This document shows, one piece after another, positions 62,319-64,000 of a stretch of 64,000 nt of DNA (positions within the stretch are counted from its first letter, which is position 1; the number at the start of each line of letters is the position of its first letter). The stretch spans positions 429,598,001 through 429,662,000 of the forward strand of contig CM097882.1 in the NCBI GenBank assembly GCA_044892505.1, given 5' to 3'. The stretch is from Schmidtea nova. Lineage: Eukaryota. Under the pieces are notes generated by a model. It did no database searches. It saw only the letters and a program-made list of their open reading frames with translations, and had not been told where the DNA came from. The position numbers and the translations under genes are program-made.

Positions 62319-62903
62319 ATGCCGATTTCAGAAAACTCGAAGAGAATCATGGGACAAATCCAAGATAGAAAGTTGAGGGACCAGCAGAGGCAGATCAAGC
62401 GACTCACGGTAGCAAATGATGAACTGAGAGCGAAGTGGTTCTCACCCGAGCAAATGAAGGGTCAATCGCAAAAACTCGAGCGAATGCAGGAAGCACTGGC
62501 CGCAACTAAATTAGAGCTTGACGCCGTCCAGAGAGAACTACGAAATTGCCTGAATGCAGTAACAAGAAGTTATATCGACTCCGAATTACGAGCGCTAATC
62601 CGGCCGATCACGGCTCAGCGCTGGACACAAAGTACTTATCAAGATGTCGCTTGCGGGACGGAAGATGGTATCATCATGGCCCCCACTCTTGTAACGGACG
62701 AATTGCCTACTTTTCACAGTGATCCATCGAGAACAATTGCGTCAGCACTTGTCCTAAACCCACAGCTTCGAAAACACCGAATGGGATCGCGACAGCGTCG
62801 GCGTCGCCGAGAATTTGCGAAGCGCCTGGACGAGCAAATCCACCACTTAAACTCCTTAACCGAAGCAGAGTTGATTCAGGAGATTAGTCTGGAGTTTGCG
62901 TAG
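62319..62903 (+). CDS. ORF2, 194 aa, coiled coil with Arg-rich C-terminal motif, function unknown
   Basis: Open frame followed by AATAAA at about 62946; homologues at 12554, 21350, 48902 and possibly 39303. Confidence 0.8.
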   Translation: MPISENSKRIMGQIQDRKLRDQQRQIKRLTVANDELRAKWFSPEQMKGQSQKLERMQEALAATKLELDAVQRELRNCLNAVTRSYIDSELRALIRPITAQRWTQSTYQDVACGTEDGIIMAPTLVTDELPTFHSDPSRTIASALVLNPQLRKHRMGSRQRRRRREFAKRLDEQIHHLNSLTEAELIQEISLEFA

Positions 62904-63188
62904 GAAAACATCAATGTCAAATAACAACCTGTTTTTATTATTTTAATAAAAGTGTTTTTGTGTAAATTTTGTCTCTCATCGTACGAGTTCACTAAATAAA
63001 ATAAAACAACATAAGTAATTCGTAGAAATAAAAAAATCGCGTCATAAAACCTACACCGACCGTTACTTAGCAGCGAGAGCTTTCGTAGGCTCGTAGAACA
63101 GCGAAGGAGAGTGTCATTGGGAAAAGCGTGTGATGGATCCTAAGGAGATGTAGTATAAGATTCAGTGGGCGACCATCCATAGAATGTA

Positions 63189-63357
63189 AATGCGTAAGAC
63201 CTTCTATCGGCAGCAAGGACCCGAGGGAAGATAAATGGGGAGTAGTTTTGGCAACAAAGCTCACCTGCCCATCATTTTTCCACCACCGTATGCAGTACCA
63301 ACTTGACTAGTAGGGAATAGTCAAGGGCATACGCGTGTAGTAGTCATGTTATGTATG
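63189..63357 (+). ncRNA. Structured RNA family 1, copy C8
   Basis: AGTTTTG-GCAA-CAAAGCT (GNRA); CGTATGC/GCATACG; CTTGACTA/TAGTCAAG; TACCAA/GGG. Confidence 0.75.
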
Positions 63358-63559
63358 GTTATGGGCGTGGAATCCCTAGTATACGTACTCATCAATAGTC
63401 GTTCAATTAATGATTAACTATTTATTTGAATTACTTAAAACCCAACCATAATCCCAGCATTACTATGCCACCTGCCAGGATCGAGCAAGAGTGGTATAGT
63501 AAAGATGGTTTGTAAAAATAGATTTATTTTCTCAAGTTACTTATCCGACCAAAGCTTTC

Positions 63560-64000
63560 AAGAATTGTCGGTTTGGCGCATCTTTTTTTTGCGGATCACT
63601 TGCATCTCGTTATCTAACTTATCGCATCCTTGCATCACACCTGGCTTCCCACTTTTCTGGTGCATGAACTTCCGTACGGTGCTCCATGCGCGCTGAGCTT
63701 CCTCGAATGAAACGACTTCCTACTCAACAGTTATTTCGTCATCATTGATTCCCATCGGCTCTTCTCCTCTGAAAGCAATAGTCTTGTTAGGAAGTTGTCG
63801 CCAGAAGAATTCTGTCTCGTCCAGAATGAAGACATCGTCTGCAGAGAACTGTGTGAGTAATGGCCAGAGAATTTGCTGTTGCCACTCAAGAAGAGATTGT
63901 ATATCTACTGCTCCAGCTTCGCTATGCATCGTCTTGAACGTGGTGCGGTGGTGTTTTTTAAAATTTTCTAACCAACTTTCGCTCGCCGTGAAGTCTGGAA
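63560..64000 (-). pseudogene. pogo/Tigger-like transposase remnant, internally deleted, runs off the window
   Basis: DVFILDETEFFWRQLPNKTIAFRGE followed by a C-terminal-like segment. Confidence 0.7.

Larger units (their letters stand above)
60160..63459 (+). mobile_element. Giant solo-LTR-like coding unit H (3300 bp), best-preserved copy
   Basis: TGTTGGGCC...CCCAGCA. TSD TTAC at 60156-60159 and 63460-63463. Promoter, intact ORF1 and ORF2, RNA C8. Confidence 0.9.

Noticed and set aside
62319-62903. ORF2 as a hepatitis delta antigen homologue
   Set aside because: Only composition and architecture are similar; I could not align any motif.
63189-63357. RNA family 1 as hammerhead, twister, group I/II intron, SRP or snRNA
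   Set aside because: No CUGANGA/GAAA pair, no P7 GACUA/UAGUC pairing, no domain V triad at the right spacing, and no Sm site or SRP helix 8 loop on either strand.
60160-63459. Units B, D and H as Ginger DNA transposons
   Set aside because: The TG...CA ends and 4-bp TSD fit, but terminal inverted similarity is only about 7 bp and no integrase remnant is seen. Not excluded, but unsupported.
1-64000. tRNA or rRNA genes
   Set aside because: None recognised; the only tRNA-related sequence is the BEL PBS.

Overview
AT-rich eukaryotic DNA (probably an invertebrate animal; inference) with four N gaps. It is almost entirely transposon-derived. The only recognisable host gene is an ATG12 exon (1733-2053). 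Known element classes: an intact-looking Merlin (8-bp TSD); a deleted Polinton/Maverick (6-bp TSD, pPolB remnant); two Penelope-like elements with inverted arms and minimal hammerhead motifs; a very young BEL/Pao LTR retrotransposon; and decayed hAT, Tc1/IS630, Tc3-like, piggyBac, pogo and Gypsy copies. Positions 22377-42790 are a five-layer nest: hAT > Tc1 > LTR-like unit > LTR-like unit > BEL. Three things are not explained by standard annotation. (1) A family of 1.9-3.6 kb units with TGTTGG...CCARCA ends and 4-bp TSDs. They resemble giant solo LTRs but carry a CCAAT/TATA promoter, two unknown conserved ORFs and a 3' structured RNA. (2) That ~170-nt RNA motif occurs nine times with compensatory changes, G-U pairs and GNRA loops, and has a partly HDV-like pseudoknot topology. 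(3) The BEL ORF starts inside the LTR, reads through the PBS and carries a captured polyubiquitin fragment (78% identical to ubiquitin, di-Gly retained) fused directly upstream of Gag. All alignments and folds were done by eye; no database search or folding program was run.
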